This document shows, piece by piece, positions 1 to 12,988 of a stretch of DNA of 64,000 nt. Below the pieces are notes generated by a model. That model had not been told where the DNA came from, did no database searches, and saw nothing but the letters and a program-made list of their open reading frames with translations. The translations under genes were made by a program, and so were the position numbers. The stretch comes from the human T2T-CHM13v2.0 reference genome, Homo sapiens. The stretch lies in assembly GCF_009914755.1 (NCBI RefSeq), contig NC_060930.1. One strand, given 5' to 3'. Each line of letters opens with the position of its first letter. The first letter of the stretch is position 1.

Positions 1-398
1 GCTTATCAGTTTTAGCAAATGTGCCACACTAATGCAAGATGTAAATAACAGGGGAAGAGGGAGGTATAAGGGAGCATATGGGAACTCTGTATTTTTCACT
101 CAATTTTTCAGTATGCCTAAACGGCTCAAAAATACAAACAAGCAAAATGAGGAGGCAATTGAAATCACATTGCTAAAATTTTGCATCATGATTTTTTTCA
201 ATGAGCATTGTACTATGAGGACTTTCAATCTTATTTGTCTTTATAACTATGATTTATAATGAATACAATTACTATAGCATAATATGATCATTTTTACATT
301 TATGTATATATTTTTCATATTTAGAATTACTATAGATTCCTAAAGGTGAAATTACTGAGTCAAAGGATCATTTAAAATTTTTGCATTTACATATTTAT

Positions 399-402
<4 letters not shown>

Positions 403-436
<34 letters not shown>
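403..436. repeat. (AG)n microsatellite
   Basis: Uninterrupted AG run. Confidence 0.95.
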
Positions 437-438
<2 letters not shown>

Positions 439-563
439 TATAGCCTGAAATATTCCATACTTACCCCCATACACACACTTCTCAGTGATAAAGGTTTTTA
501 TACACGTATTTTCTTTCAAGATTTTGTTATGAACATTTTCATAATAGGATAAACAGAAAACTA

Positions 564-936
<373 letters not shown>

Positions 937-1233
937 TTAAATGTATGTAAATGTATGCATGTAACTTACATCTATATCTAGGGTATTCATTTTAACGAGT
1001 TAGTTACTGCAGCAGTATTATACGCACCATAAAATATTTTTTCTATTGCTAATCTTTAAAAGACAAGTACCTACTTAAACACCAAAATATATAAAAATGT
1101 GACACACATTTTCAACTAAAAAACAGCAAAGAAATATATTTCATAAAATTTTCATACTCTACATTCCTATTTCAAATGCCCATGAAACAGTTACACAAAA
1201 AAAGGACAGAGAAAGAATAAGTAGCACTCTTAC

Positions 1234-1388
1234 CTCTGTACCAATTGATCTGCCTGGTAGTATTTTCCATCAATAAGAATCTGTACATCAATTACATGCT
1301 GGCGTAAAAGGTTCTCACATTCAAGTATATACCCAGCAATTTCTGCTTCATTCTGAAACTGCACTCCTGATTCTAATCTTTTAGAATC
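1234..1388 (-). CDS. DST: Dystonin coding exon, plakin domain ([52 protein letters not shown])
   Basis: 155 nt, phase 0/2. Acceptor tacAG, donor GTAAG. Confidence 0.96.
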
Positions 1389-1696
1389 CTGTATTTTAAA
1401 AGAACTCAGTATTAATTCTGTGAAACAAGTTTCAAAACAACCTGAAATATAAAACATCAAATATTGGAACAGAAGCCTACTTGGGCTTTCTTTAGTTTTC
1501 CTTGTTGGTTCAAAAATATGTTTTCCCTCTTCTTGTCTCTCAAGAGAGCAAACACCAATCATAATCTTTAACAAACTTTAAGTTTCAGTGGAGAGTATTA
1601 CGAAGAATCAACCAAACATTATGTAAAAGTTTTAGTTCATCCAAACGCACAGTGACTCCTCTACCACAACCCCAATGGCTCCTAAAATTAACTTAC

Positions 1697-1790
1697 AGAC
1701 TGAAGAGCATTTCCAGCAAGAATCAGTTTGTCTTCACAGATGACACTGTCCCTCTGAACTCTGTTGGCAATCTGTTGCAACATTTCTAAC
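1697..1790 (-). CDS. DST: Dystonin coding exon shared by all isoforms ([31 protein letters not shown])
   Basis: 94 nt, phase 2/0. Acceptor cttttAG, donor GTAAGT. Confidence 0.96.
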
Positions 1791-1908
1791 CTAAAAGATG
1801 AGACAAAATAAAATAAAGCTTCTCCCTTTGAAGTCAAAGAGCTCACCATTCCTGAAAAGTGCTGCCCATCAAAAAGTAAAACACAATCCCACACCAATGA
1901 TTCAATAC

Positions 1909-2075
1909 CTGTGTCCATCAAAGGATTCACTGCCGAAGCTAATGCAAGAGTTGATCAGTGTTGGACCACAATGAACCAAGAGAAGATTTTCATTTGAATC
2001 AAGACTGGTTCGAGTGCTGGTAGTGTTACTAAACACAGAATCACTGCTACGGTAACTATAACTACTACTGTGCAT
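1909..2075 (-). CDS. DST: First coding exon of epithelial isoform BPAG1e/BP230 ([56 protein letters not shown])
   Basis: ATG at 2075 in AAAATGC context. Donor AG|GTATT, phase 2, matching the acceptor at 1790. Recognisable BP230 N-terminus. Confidence 0.93.
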
Positions 2076-2420
2076 TTTTATTCCTGAAACGATGTTCTTT
2101 CTTTCACCTTTCAAAGTAGACTAAAAGGTAGGAGGTCTGGAAAAAGCTCTACTTCTAACGGTGAAAAGTGGCAGCTGAATATTACAGCTTTTAGTGGCTC
2201 CTTAAATATGCTTCAACATGCATATGCAACACACAGCAAATAATATGCTGATAACTATTCAAAAGAATCTAGCCTAAAGCCATTCGTTTGCTAGCTGAGG
2301 TTTGCCTTTTGTAGCTTGTATTAAAACCCTACAAGTATGAACAAAGCAGGCAGATTGGGCGTCACTGGAAAGGATATGCCAAATATTTGCACTAAGAGTC
2401 ATCCAATTGCAACCACCTAA
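2076..2420 (-). promoter_or_regulatory. DST: BPAG1e 5' UTR and keratinocyte promoter
   Basis: Lies directly upstream of the BPAG1e ATG. TATA-like TATTTAA near 2201-2207, CCAATC at 2353-2358, TGACGCC half-CRE at 2358-2364, perfect palindrome CAAATATTTG at 2380-2389 (the KRE3 core as I recall it), AP-1-like TGACTCT near 2395-2401. Confidence 0.75.
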
Positions 2421-3061
2421 AAAACAACTCAGATGCCTCACAGATGTCCAGGACAACTAGTAAAGATTATTCTGGCAATACCAATCATTAGCTAAAAGAA
2501 CACAAATATCCAATCATAGTCTGACTTCTGCAAAAGACCAGGTCTGTGCTGAATAATGTAAGGAAGGCAAACAGCTAGAAATTATGAAGTACCTATAAAC
2601 AAATGAATTTGATGAGAAGCAAAGTACGCTTCCATTTTAACCACCATGTCATTTGTTTATTAGGTTAAATTAATGGAAAAAGTATCCATTTACCTTTCTT
2701 TATATGACACGCTCCCAGTAATGTTACTTCTAAACCTACTATAAAGTGCCAAGTAGAATACTGATGCAATGCTTACAAATTTAATTTGTCTGTGCTTGTT
2801 TTTCCATTCTATAGGATATTACATGGCATAAGAACACTGGCTCTTTCCCATTTGTTTTTCATACACTTCCATGCCACATAGCTATTACTCGCAATACATA
2901 GACAATGCCAAAAAATTCGCATGAAGAAACATGAAGGCATTTATCCAACCAGCCTCCTAAATATTTTCCTACCTCCAATAATACTGTTACTTCTCCACTC
3001 TAAGAATAGATATTTTTCTTTTCAGGGGTCAAGAAAGGGGAAATTTGAGAGTGCCACACCA

Positions 3062-3095
3062 ATTGCTTCTTGGCCTTTTGGCTAAGATCAAGTGT
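3062..3095 (+). pseudogene. 3'-truncated U2 snRNA retropseudogene (first ~34 nt)
   Basis: ATTGCTTCTTGGCCTTTTGGCTAAGATCAAGTGT is the U2 5' end with two CpG>TpG changes. Flanked by direct repeats GAGAGTGCCACA(C/T)CA at 3047-3061 and 3096-3110. Confidence 0.92.
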
Positions 3096-4103
3096 GAGAG
3101 TGCCACATCAAATATAGTGAGTGAACAGAATAGCTCAAAACAATAACAGTGGCACCTGGCATTTATTAAGTAATTATTATGTGCAAGAAATTAATCATTT
3201 TAGATACATAACTCATCTCATACTCATAACCACCCAATGTAGTAGGCACTATTACATCCTGTTTACAAATGAAGAAACTGAGGCTTAGACGGTTAAAGAA
3301 CTTGTCTAACATCATACAACTTTGCAGGCTGAGCTAATAATCTAATTTAAAATTGAGTGGCTTCTAGGCCCTGAACTCTCAACCACTCTCTGCTTTCTTT
3401 TATGAACATATCTTAAAATTCAGCTACTGTTCTGATGACTAAAAATCTACTCTGTATCCTCTGGAATACTTTTCCATTATTTCAAATGATTAACATAGTA
3501 TCTCATTTCAATCACTCAAATTACCTTTTCCGTAAAAGCTGCATCCTGTATATTTATGGCTTGTTTTGGTTTTAATAATCCAGTTATGTACACATATTAT
3601 TATACTTTAACATAAATGTAATCAGTAATTTAATAAAGGACTGACAGGTTAGACATGCTCTCATATATTTATTTTATGCATTATTTCACAACGTTGAATC
3701 CTGAAGTCAATGTGTAAGGCACAGAGAACATGACAATACTGAGCACCTCTAATGTTGTGTCAGGCGCTGTGTAAAGCACTGGCAACGCAAGGGACAGAAA
3801 AAAAACAAGGGTTTCTCTCCACATTCTTGGAGCTCATATCTGTGGAATAGGCAAGACTTAAGCAATCACCGAAATAAATATAAAAATACAACCAAGATAA
3901 GCACTATGAAGGAACAATACATGGAAACATGAGAGTTCTAAGCAAGATATCTGAACTAGCCTAGGGAACCATGGAAAGTTTCTCGAGAAAATAATGTTGG
4001 AGCTGAGATCTGAGAATGTTTAGGTGTAAGGCAGCCAGTGTGGCTACTGTGCAGAGAGCAAGGGGGCTGGAGAGGTGTGTCTGGCCACACAGGCCTTACC
4101 CTG

Positions 4104-4457
4104 TAATATGGTTTGCCTGTGTCCCCACCCAAATCTCATCTTGAATTGTAATAATCCTCATGTGTCAAGTGTGGGGCCAGGTGGAGATAACTGAATCACG
4201 GGGGCGATTTCCCCCATACTGTTCTCATGGTAATGAATAAGTCTCAAGAGATCTGACGGTTTTGTAAATGGGAGTTCCCCTGCACAAGCTCTTGCCTGCT
4301 GACATGTAAGATGTGACTTTGCTCCTCATTCGCCTTCCACCATGATTGTGAGGCCTCTCCAGTCATATGTAACTGTGAGTCAATTAAACCTCTTTCCTTT
4401 ATAAATTACCCAGTCTCAGATATGTCTTTATTAGCAGCGTGAGAATGGACTAATACA
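4104..4457 (+). mobile_element. THE1-family (MaLR) solo LTR
   Basis: T(A)ATATGGTTTG...CCCACCCAAATCTCATCTTGAATTGTA start, GACTAATACA end, 5-bp TSD CCCTG on both sides. Confidence 0.92.
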
Positions 4458-5152
4458 CCCTGCAAGGTCTAGGTCCTATAGACTTCATGGCTAATGAGGA
4501 ACACAGATCACAATTCCCAGGTACCAGGTTAAGACTGTAAGGGAGACAAATTCATCCAACAAGCATTTCCTGAAGACTAAATGGTACCTTCCTGGGCAAC
4601 TGGATGTAGTGAGAGACAAAATGACAGAGAACTAGTGATGATTTCATGGAGTAAATCCACTTGTAGAAGCGTGGCAGAAAGGGAACCTGAACTAACATTT
4701 ACTGAGTGTGTTCTAGACGCCATCCAACACCCTTTAAATGAAGGCAAGCTAGATTTTGGTTTCCAATGCCCCTTGGAAAGAGAACTATAGCAAAAAAATG
4801 TAATAAGAAATAAAATCAGCTGTTGTCCTATAAGCTTTTAGATCCAGGCCCTGGTGACTTAAGGTCAATATGAGAAATTACAAGTAATTTTGACTGGTTT
4901 TAAAACTGTAAAGCCTTATTAGATGAGACTTCACATACCAATCCAGCCTAGCCGGTCATTTATATACATTACTTCACTGATTGCCTCCTTAAAATCTCTT
5001 AGAAGAGTTTCTAGGTAAGAAAATGGAGGATCAAAAGGATTAAGAGACTTATCCAAGGCCAAGTAAACAGAGGTTTAACTTAAGTTCTTTCACAAGAACA
5101 CAAAGGCCCCCTCCCCACTTGATATTCATGGCAGAAAACACCTCTGGCCTAC

Positions 5153-5280
5153 CTTTCTACTTCTGGACGAAGGGCCTTCTCTCTCTCTAGCATGGCAATA
5201 ATGAGTTTCCCCCACTCTTTTTCTATGTCATTTGGATGATAACCTTGAAGGAGCTTGATGCGTCCAAATTCTATCCAAAT
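5153..5280 (-). CDS. DST: Dystonin coding exon ([43 protein letters not shown])
   Basis: 128 nt, phase 0/2. Acceptor ttttctcAAG, donor GTAGG. The [14 protein letters not shown] motif is shared with plectin and MACF1. Confidence 0.96.
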
Positions 5281-5373
5281 CTTGAGAAAACAAAAAACTT
5301 TAATGTGAAGCAAAAATGAAAACAAAACAAAACAAAGACTATGCTTGACAATACAAAGCAAATTTGAGCTTAC

Positions 5374-5469
5374 CTCTAATAATTTATATAGACGTTTAAT
5401 TTTTGATTTTTCTGTCTCCTTTGGTGGAATTTCTGTTTCTTTAAACTGTAAATACTGATTATAAAGTGC
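5374..5469 (-). CDS. DST: Dystonin coding exon ([32 protein letters not shown])
   Basis: 96 nt, phase 0/0. Acceptor ttttAG, donor GTAAG. Confidence 0.96.
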
Positions 5470-6973
5470 CTAAAATAAAAAGGACAAGAAATTAAGGACC
5501 AAACTTAAAAGATCTGTTTTCATGATCTCACTAAGCCACCACTTCAAGTGTTATGTACTGTATCATATGCAGTCAGTGGAATTCCTTTGTTAAACCGACA
5601 CTCAAAGACAATACCAATTTCCAGCCAGCTGGTGACGTGGGTTATCTAAAATTTGATGAGGGTGTAATTATTGATGTGAGCCATGATTTAGTGCCACAGG
5701 GGGATCTGGATAATAATAAACCATTCAGTGTTTACTAGTGCTCTACTAAAAATCTCTCATCCTCCAAACAAGAAAACATACCCTTTAAAAGATGCACTTC
5801 CCAAATGCTGCACTTTAGCTTTCAGTCTTTGGAAAAATAATTTGAAGCAATTCCCATAAAGAAAGCAATAAAAAAACTCTCTTCTATTGCATGGTTCTAT
5901 CCTTCAAAAAAAAAAAACTTCTTAGCAGAAAGGGCTAAAATTTAGTTTCAATGTCCCACTGGCAAATTTAAACAGATTTTTTGAACAAATGAAGGTAGAT
6001 GCTATTAGTTGATGGGGCTATTATTACAGAAGTTTCAACCGTGTAATTAAGTTACTATCTAGTTTGTATACATTAATTTGGGAACCTCTTAAATACAGTG
6101 TATTTATTAAAAGGGACCTTCATAAAAATTATGTAGATAATGTATCTCCATATTTAATAGGTATGTACTAATTACTTCATTGTAATTCATGCAGCTACAA
6201 AACAAGACCCTGTAAATCTTTAGGATGACACATTTCTGAAGGATTCCATTCAAAGTTCTGCTAATGCAATTATCTGGCATTTCCCCATGATGTATTTTCT
6301 TTCCTAATCTATGTCTTGTTCTAGTCATCAGCAAGTACTCTGATCACTTCTTCTATAACTAAGAATCTACACTAACCAGAAGCCAGTACAATTCATCCAA
6401 GGGTCTGGACAATGGAAATCCATTTGGAAATAAGTGTATTTGAACATGAAATCTGAAAATGGTTTTGAAATCAGAATGCAATGTTTCAGGACGTCTGTTG
6501 GTCATTAAGCACCGAATACTCCTGTGTGCTAAACACTGTTCATGGCACCACATGGTCGTTGTAGGGAAAAGTTTTCCTGCCCTGGAAAATTACATGTCCA
6601 TGTAGGGAAACATCACACAAACAGCTTGAGAACACTTAAAAAGTATCATATCATCAGATGCCAAGTAATTTCGTGCCAAGGACAAACTCCCCGTGGCAAT
6701 GAGAATGAAAGCTGTTCTACAGATATTCTGTACGGATGCAGGAGCACAATGAATAACTCTAATGGAGCTCACCCTAGGTTATTACAGTTTTTTCTATCCC
6801 AGTTTGATCATGAAAATAAAGCTTACAAACCAAAGAATTAAGGCTTTGTCGGCAATATTCGCATTATCAGCTTCTAGAAATAAAGTAGACCACTTTGCTA
6901 TTATAAAACCAAATATACAAATGAGACAACTTACTCTTTAATAAGTTTACATATTTGTAATGGCTTTTTGTAA

Positions 6974-7272
<299 letters not shown>

Positions 7273-7856
7273 TATAATGGCTTTTATATCTGCAATGTCT
7301 TTGCCTCAAAAGCTTGCCCTAAGTTTTTCAGTATTAGCAAATGTTTTACTAAACCATGAATTCACTTATACTGGAAGTCAGACATGTATTTTCAAATTCA
7401 TGGTGAAATACTGTGTACCTCTTCCTGCACAAAAGATGCTTCCTGCACAAAAGAAGCAGTTTTTAACAGGGCTCAACCACAGGCACACCCCCAATCCAGT
7501 GCCACACTTGTATGTACTTCCCAGGGTCCCTTCTACCTCAAGCCATCTCGGGGGCTGCAAGCATTTCCCATGTACTAAAATCAATCTGACAATGTCAGTT
7601 TCAGAGACTCTCTCAAATTAAACCTTTAACCTCTCAACCAAAGCTGAGTGACTACAGCTAATCTGTTTTAATTGTTAATGTTTTACCTCCATTTTCTCTG
7701 TATAATAAGAGAAATGAGTAATACAAATTTTGCCTACTTATTAATGGCTTTCCAAGGGCAACTTTTGTTGAACTTCTAAAATTACAGAATTATTATAGCA
7801 TTACTTAAGGGTTTACAATTGAATCAATCCTATGTAATTTCTACAGTGACACTAAC

Positions 7857-7976
7857 CTTCAGTTCTACAGGATTATTAGGAAATGTTCTCTCAGACATTG
7901 TGGTCACATGGTGTCTAATCCATTGGATGAGGTAGTTCACCATATTCTGGTATTCAATCCATTTGACTTCAACATC
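7857..7976 (-). CDS. DST: Dystonin coding exon, plakin-domain spectrin repeat ([40 protein letters not shown])
   Basis: 120 nt, phase 0/0. Acceptor ttctAG, donor GTTAGT. Confidence 0.96.
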
Positions 7977-10212
7977 CTAGAACAATCAAATGATAGAAAA
8001 GGTTCACATCTGTAGATAATAACATTCATATCTAAGACAATTTAGTCAGAAGTCATTCTGTAAATGTATGTATTTGAAGCCTGACAGACAGAACCAGCTA
8101 AATGTTTTCTTACTTTCACCCAGCCCCAATCCCTGTCACATAAACACCTGTAAAATTTGCTATCAACATTTGGCCACTAACACTAGCCTTATGAGTGCCA
8201 ATTCTGATCCAAAGAAAGTGGCTGCCTGGGGTATTGTATTTAGAAGGCTTTTGGGGCTCAATCTAAGCACAGCAGAAAAAAATCCAAAGTCAATTTGGGG
8301 TGTTTACCAGGGCTCAAGATTGGGCAGTAACAACTTGCATAAGCCAAGTTAGTTGCCATCTTTGCCAACTATTTTAGATCTAAATCTACTATGTATCTCA
8401 AACTCAAAAGACTTACCCAATATATAGGAAACCAGATATGTACACAAACTACAGGAAATGTATATGGTGGGATTATCCAAGTACTCAGTAGGCAAACTCT
8501 TTAAAAATGGAGGAAACTTGGAAGGCTGCCAACTGCTCTGTTTAAGTATTTGATGAGTGCTTATTATTATGTTCAAAGGTTGTGTTGAGTGTTATAATAA
8601 AAAAATACTTTAAGATATAATACCTATTGTCAAGGAGTTACTGTCTAAATGCAGAGGCAAGAGAGATACATAATATAAACAGGCAAAATGAAGAGCAGTA
8701 TTTAATTAAGTGTTGAAATGTTGAAATAACTAAAACGGGTAGTACATGCTAGTTGAGATAAGAATCAGGCAAGCATATCTGTGCCTTAAAATAGTTTCTA
8801 AAGGCTTCTTGGGAAAGGCAGTATCTGAGATGTTCTGCAATGACCAGTAAGTAATTATTGATGGGGGGAGGTGAGTGGGGGTGCTGAAAGAGTGGATAAA
8901 AGGGGAGTCCCAAGTGAGTCAGGACATTGACATGGAAATGTCCTGGCTACCAGTAAACAGTTCATATTGGGAAATCATAGCTAAAACATGTAGGTAAACA
9001 GAATAAATATTTGCAGTTTTAAATGTCAGAATATCTAGATTGCATTTAACTTTGCAAGGAATATGTAGACACTGAAAATTTTCAAGCCAAAGACATCAGG
9101 TTTTAGACAGATTAATTTGGCAACAGTGTGCCGAGGCAGTGGGAAGAAGAACAAAATGGAGACAGAAAGCTGTAGGAAAGCTATCGGCCTAGTTCTGCAG
9201 TAATAGGCAGCAGGATCAGCATGAAGGTTGGGAGAAGCAGCAGCAAGAGATGGCCAAAGAAACATTCTGAAGCAACGCTCAACATTGAATCATCAGGGGT
9301 GAGCATGGGAACAGGCTACTCAGGGATCAAAGAGCATGAAGCCTTTGAAAAGAAGAACCTGAGGAAGAATATGGAAACAGGTCTAGAAACAGCACAGAGA
9401 ACTGACAGAAGCAATCAGAAAAGGGAGCTCCTAATCCAGGGGAGCTAATCAAAGATGAGCTCCTAAATCTTCAAAGTAATGTAGGGGAAAAAAGGTGTCT
9501 GCAAAGAGGAAGGCAGAAATCCAAGTGAAGGGGATCATCCCCAAATATGTGACACATACTGGGCTTCCTGTTCTCTTCAGAAATGCATAAGCACTTGTTA
9601 GCATAACCACCCAAAAAAAAAAAAAAAAAAAAAAAGCATCACTGAAGTGAGTTACACAAACCTTTAAGAAATAGTAGACTAATAAACAGCCCAAAGCTAT
9701 GTGTCAGAGACCTTTCCCTGCTTACTAAGTGGCTCTGCTAATTTGGCCAAATCCAATAATTTTCCTCTGGAGTCCTCCTTTAAATCACAAAAATGTTATC
9801 AAGCCAACTTATTTCATAGAATCGTATGAAGTAACAAATTTGAAATTGTTTTCAAAACTGAGATATTCTATACATACAAAAGAATAGCAAATACAGCAAT
9901 GTAAAACGGCAGCCAGCTAAAAATGGAAAACTCTAAATTTCAGAAAGTTAAACCTTTTATTTATAAGATGATCGGTAACTATAAATAGCCTCTTTTATTT
10001 ATGACACAAAAGTTTTAATGAGTTATACTTTAAATTTAATGGTAGAATAATGTCATGAAATACATAGAATATCAATTCATCAAACAGCATATTAACTCAA
10101 ATTCTTTAAAATATATTCAACATTCAAAAACTGCAAAAATCATTATCAATAAATGCAGTCAATTGGTCATTACTGAATCAACAGCTTCCGGTGTGGAAAA
10201 ATCAATACTCAC

Positions 10213-10319
10213 ATTTGCACCAATGCCTTCCCCACCTTCAGGGACTTTAGGAAATGCATCATAGAGAGATGACACGTAAGTTATTACTGATTTTTCATCA
10301 GGTGAGGAGACATCGACAT
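10213..10319 (-). CDS. DST: Dystonin coding exon, end of CH2 ([36 protein letters not shown])
   Basis: 107 nt, phase 1/0. Acceptor tttttAG, donor GTGAGT. Motif [11 protein letters not shown]. Confidence 0.97.
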
Positions 10320-10418
10320 CTAAAAACAGCAACATAAATTAATTATTTCACAATGTTGATAAATTACTTTTGATCAGACTTTCATGCCAGTCCACATATA
10401 ATCAAGAAAATAACTCAC

Positions 10419-10531
10419 CTTCAGGGTCCAGAAGTCTTATAACACCAATTTTTTCTGCTACGTAAAAAGCATGCTCTAAATTTGCAAGGTTGCTTTGAAC
10501 AGCAACAGTATTCATATCTATCAGGTCCGGC
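10419..10531 (-). CDS. DST: Dystonin coding exon, CH2 ([37 protein letters not shown])
   Basis: 113 nt, phase 2/1. Acceptor ttttcctAG, donor GTGAGT. Confidence 0.97.
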
Positions 10532-12690
10532 CTAGGAAAAAATTCACTGTGTTAATTAGGTTTTCTCATGTGCCAATTCAACATTATATAATTATATAGG
10601 TTTCCATTTACATAACAACATCTGCTAATATTAACACCAAGCCTGCGTTAAAATGCAGAGACTTTCATCAAACATTTAACATTGCTCACTTATCTCAGAA
10701 ACTTCTGTATCGAAAGCAAATATAACAATGAAAATATAACAATTTGAACATATATAAATTTCAACAAAGTCTACAAATATATCATAGTCAGAATATATAT
10801 GAGTATTTGTCCTATTCAACTGATTTAAGCTACGCTACTCCAACAGCATCTTTCCAATCCAACCAGCATCCTGTCAATGTTTTTCCTCTAAGACAAAAAG
10901 CTTGTAGCTTAATTCAGTGCTGTGTCCATGGCCTCCCCATTGCACCATACCCTTTCACATCATCTTTGTCTTCTATAATCCTAGTCATTCTTCCAAGGAG
11001 AGATCAAGCTCCACCTCCTCTATGGAGCCTGGCTGATCTTCCTAGCCCTTATTTCTGTCTCTGTTTCCTGAACTCATACTTCCAGCCTGCACCCCACGAT
11101 ATGGCACTTAGGATAATCTTAGACTCCTTGCCCTATTAATTCACTGGTTCGTGTACATGTATATGTTGTTTCTCCCAAACCGTCAACTCCAAGATAGCAA
11201 GTACTATGTATTAAGAAAATTTTGTATTTTATCCTTCTGCTGTAATAAAGAATGATATATAGTACACCCTCAACAAATATCTACTGATAAGTTGGTAAGT
11301 AGGTTGGTTCCTTAGTAATCTGAATCATAAATGAATGTCTATAATAAGCAATAGTTTATGTTTTCATGAGCACACATGTGTGCATGTGCCCCCCTACACA
11401 CACACACAGTCACACATCCCAGACTTCATATCTTTATAATTTGTGAGATTTACGTAACACCCTAAACCATGCAGAAACTTTGAAGCTAGCTCTATCTACA
11501 TGAGAGAGGAAAAGATTCTTCAAATGCTTCTTGTAGAGAAAGTGGCAAAATATGGACATTGGAGACTTCACTCAAGGCTAGAAGCCAGTCAGGAAACTTG
11601 GATCTCAAAAACAAAGCATTGAAAGACTACCGGAACAATGTGGAAACAGGAAAGCCTTCAAAGAGTGGTACTCACCACCCAAAAAAATCACTGAGTAAGA
11701 ACCTGTTGATAGCTTACAAAGAAAGGCTCTCTACAAGCTCCACAAGCATTCCTGTTTGCTCAAAATAATCATTTGGGAAACCACAGAAAGAGTGGGAGGG
11801 CTCAAAGGTAGTGTGGGAGAAATGAAATGCAGATTATTTTGTATACTACTTGGCAGGCTGCTTATATGAAAAGCTGTTTGAAAATATATCATTAATATTA
11901 GAAAGCTAAGTGGCAATTTGTACTCTTTTATGGTGAGAAAACAGACCTTTCAAGAAAATCTTATACTTTTATATCACTTTGCACTGTTCATAACCTGGGA
12001 ATGTGGTTACCATCACCTACATGCTCATATTCCAGGAAATTATTAGGAAATCCTTTAATGTTTTCAACCTGCCACCAATATGACCACTCTTTTAAAAGTG
12101 ACCCTACAATTATTATAGGAACAATAAATCCATTGACAACTATGGAAGTAAATAACAGACCTCCAAAAGTAACATTTTTTATTCACATAGAAACATCTGA
12201 AGAATCTGCCAACCTCAAGATTAGTAAACAGGTATGTATAGCAGTCTAGACAAAAACAAATATCTGAAGTTCTTTCAATAAAAAATCGTTTTGTTTCCGT
12301 AAAATTTGCACCTTTTAGGGAAATAAAAAACAGACTTTGTAAGTCTGCCAAATCTCAGAACAAGACATGGCATGTTATTATGAGAACCCTGCCATTAGCA
12401 AAGAAAGTAAACACTGAGTAATCCTAGAGGGAATGAATAAAGTCATTGAAGAATCAAGTTTTTCAGCTAAGAGAATAAAACATAAAACTTCCTTCAGAAT
12501 GACATAGTCATTTCAACACAAAAGCAGCTGTAGAATACAATGAGTCTGAGTAAGTCATCTCTTTTATCATGATGTTTAACACTTTAATGGAACAAAAACT
12601 GAAATGGTTTTCCTCCACTAAAAGACAGCAGATAAAGAAAATTAGTTAAACAAAAAATGGGAAAAGGGAAAACTTTAAAAACCACTACAA

Positions 12691-12988
<298 letters not shown>

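Noticed and set aside
1389-1574. 62-codon in-frame upstream extension of the exon at 1234-1388
   Set aside because: TTG start, a clear acceptor at 1389-1390, and no resemblance to plakin sequence. It is likely chance.
7421-7456. 18-nt tandem duplication (and similar micro-duplications at about 13571, 22883 and 36526)
   Set aside because: Ordinary slippage-scale duplications with no further signal.
10320-10418. 99-nt (3n) intron as another frame-preserving retention candidate
   Set aside because: It has an in-frame TGA within the first six codons.
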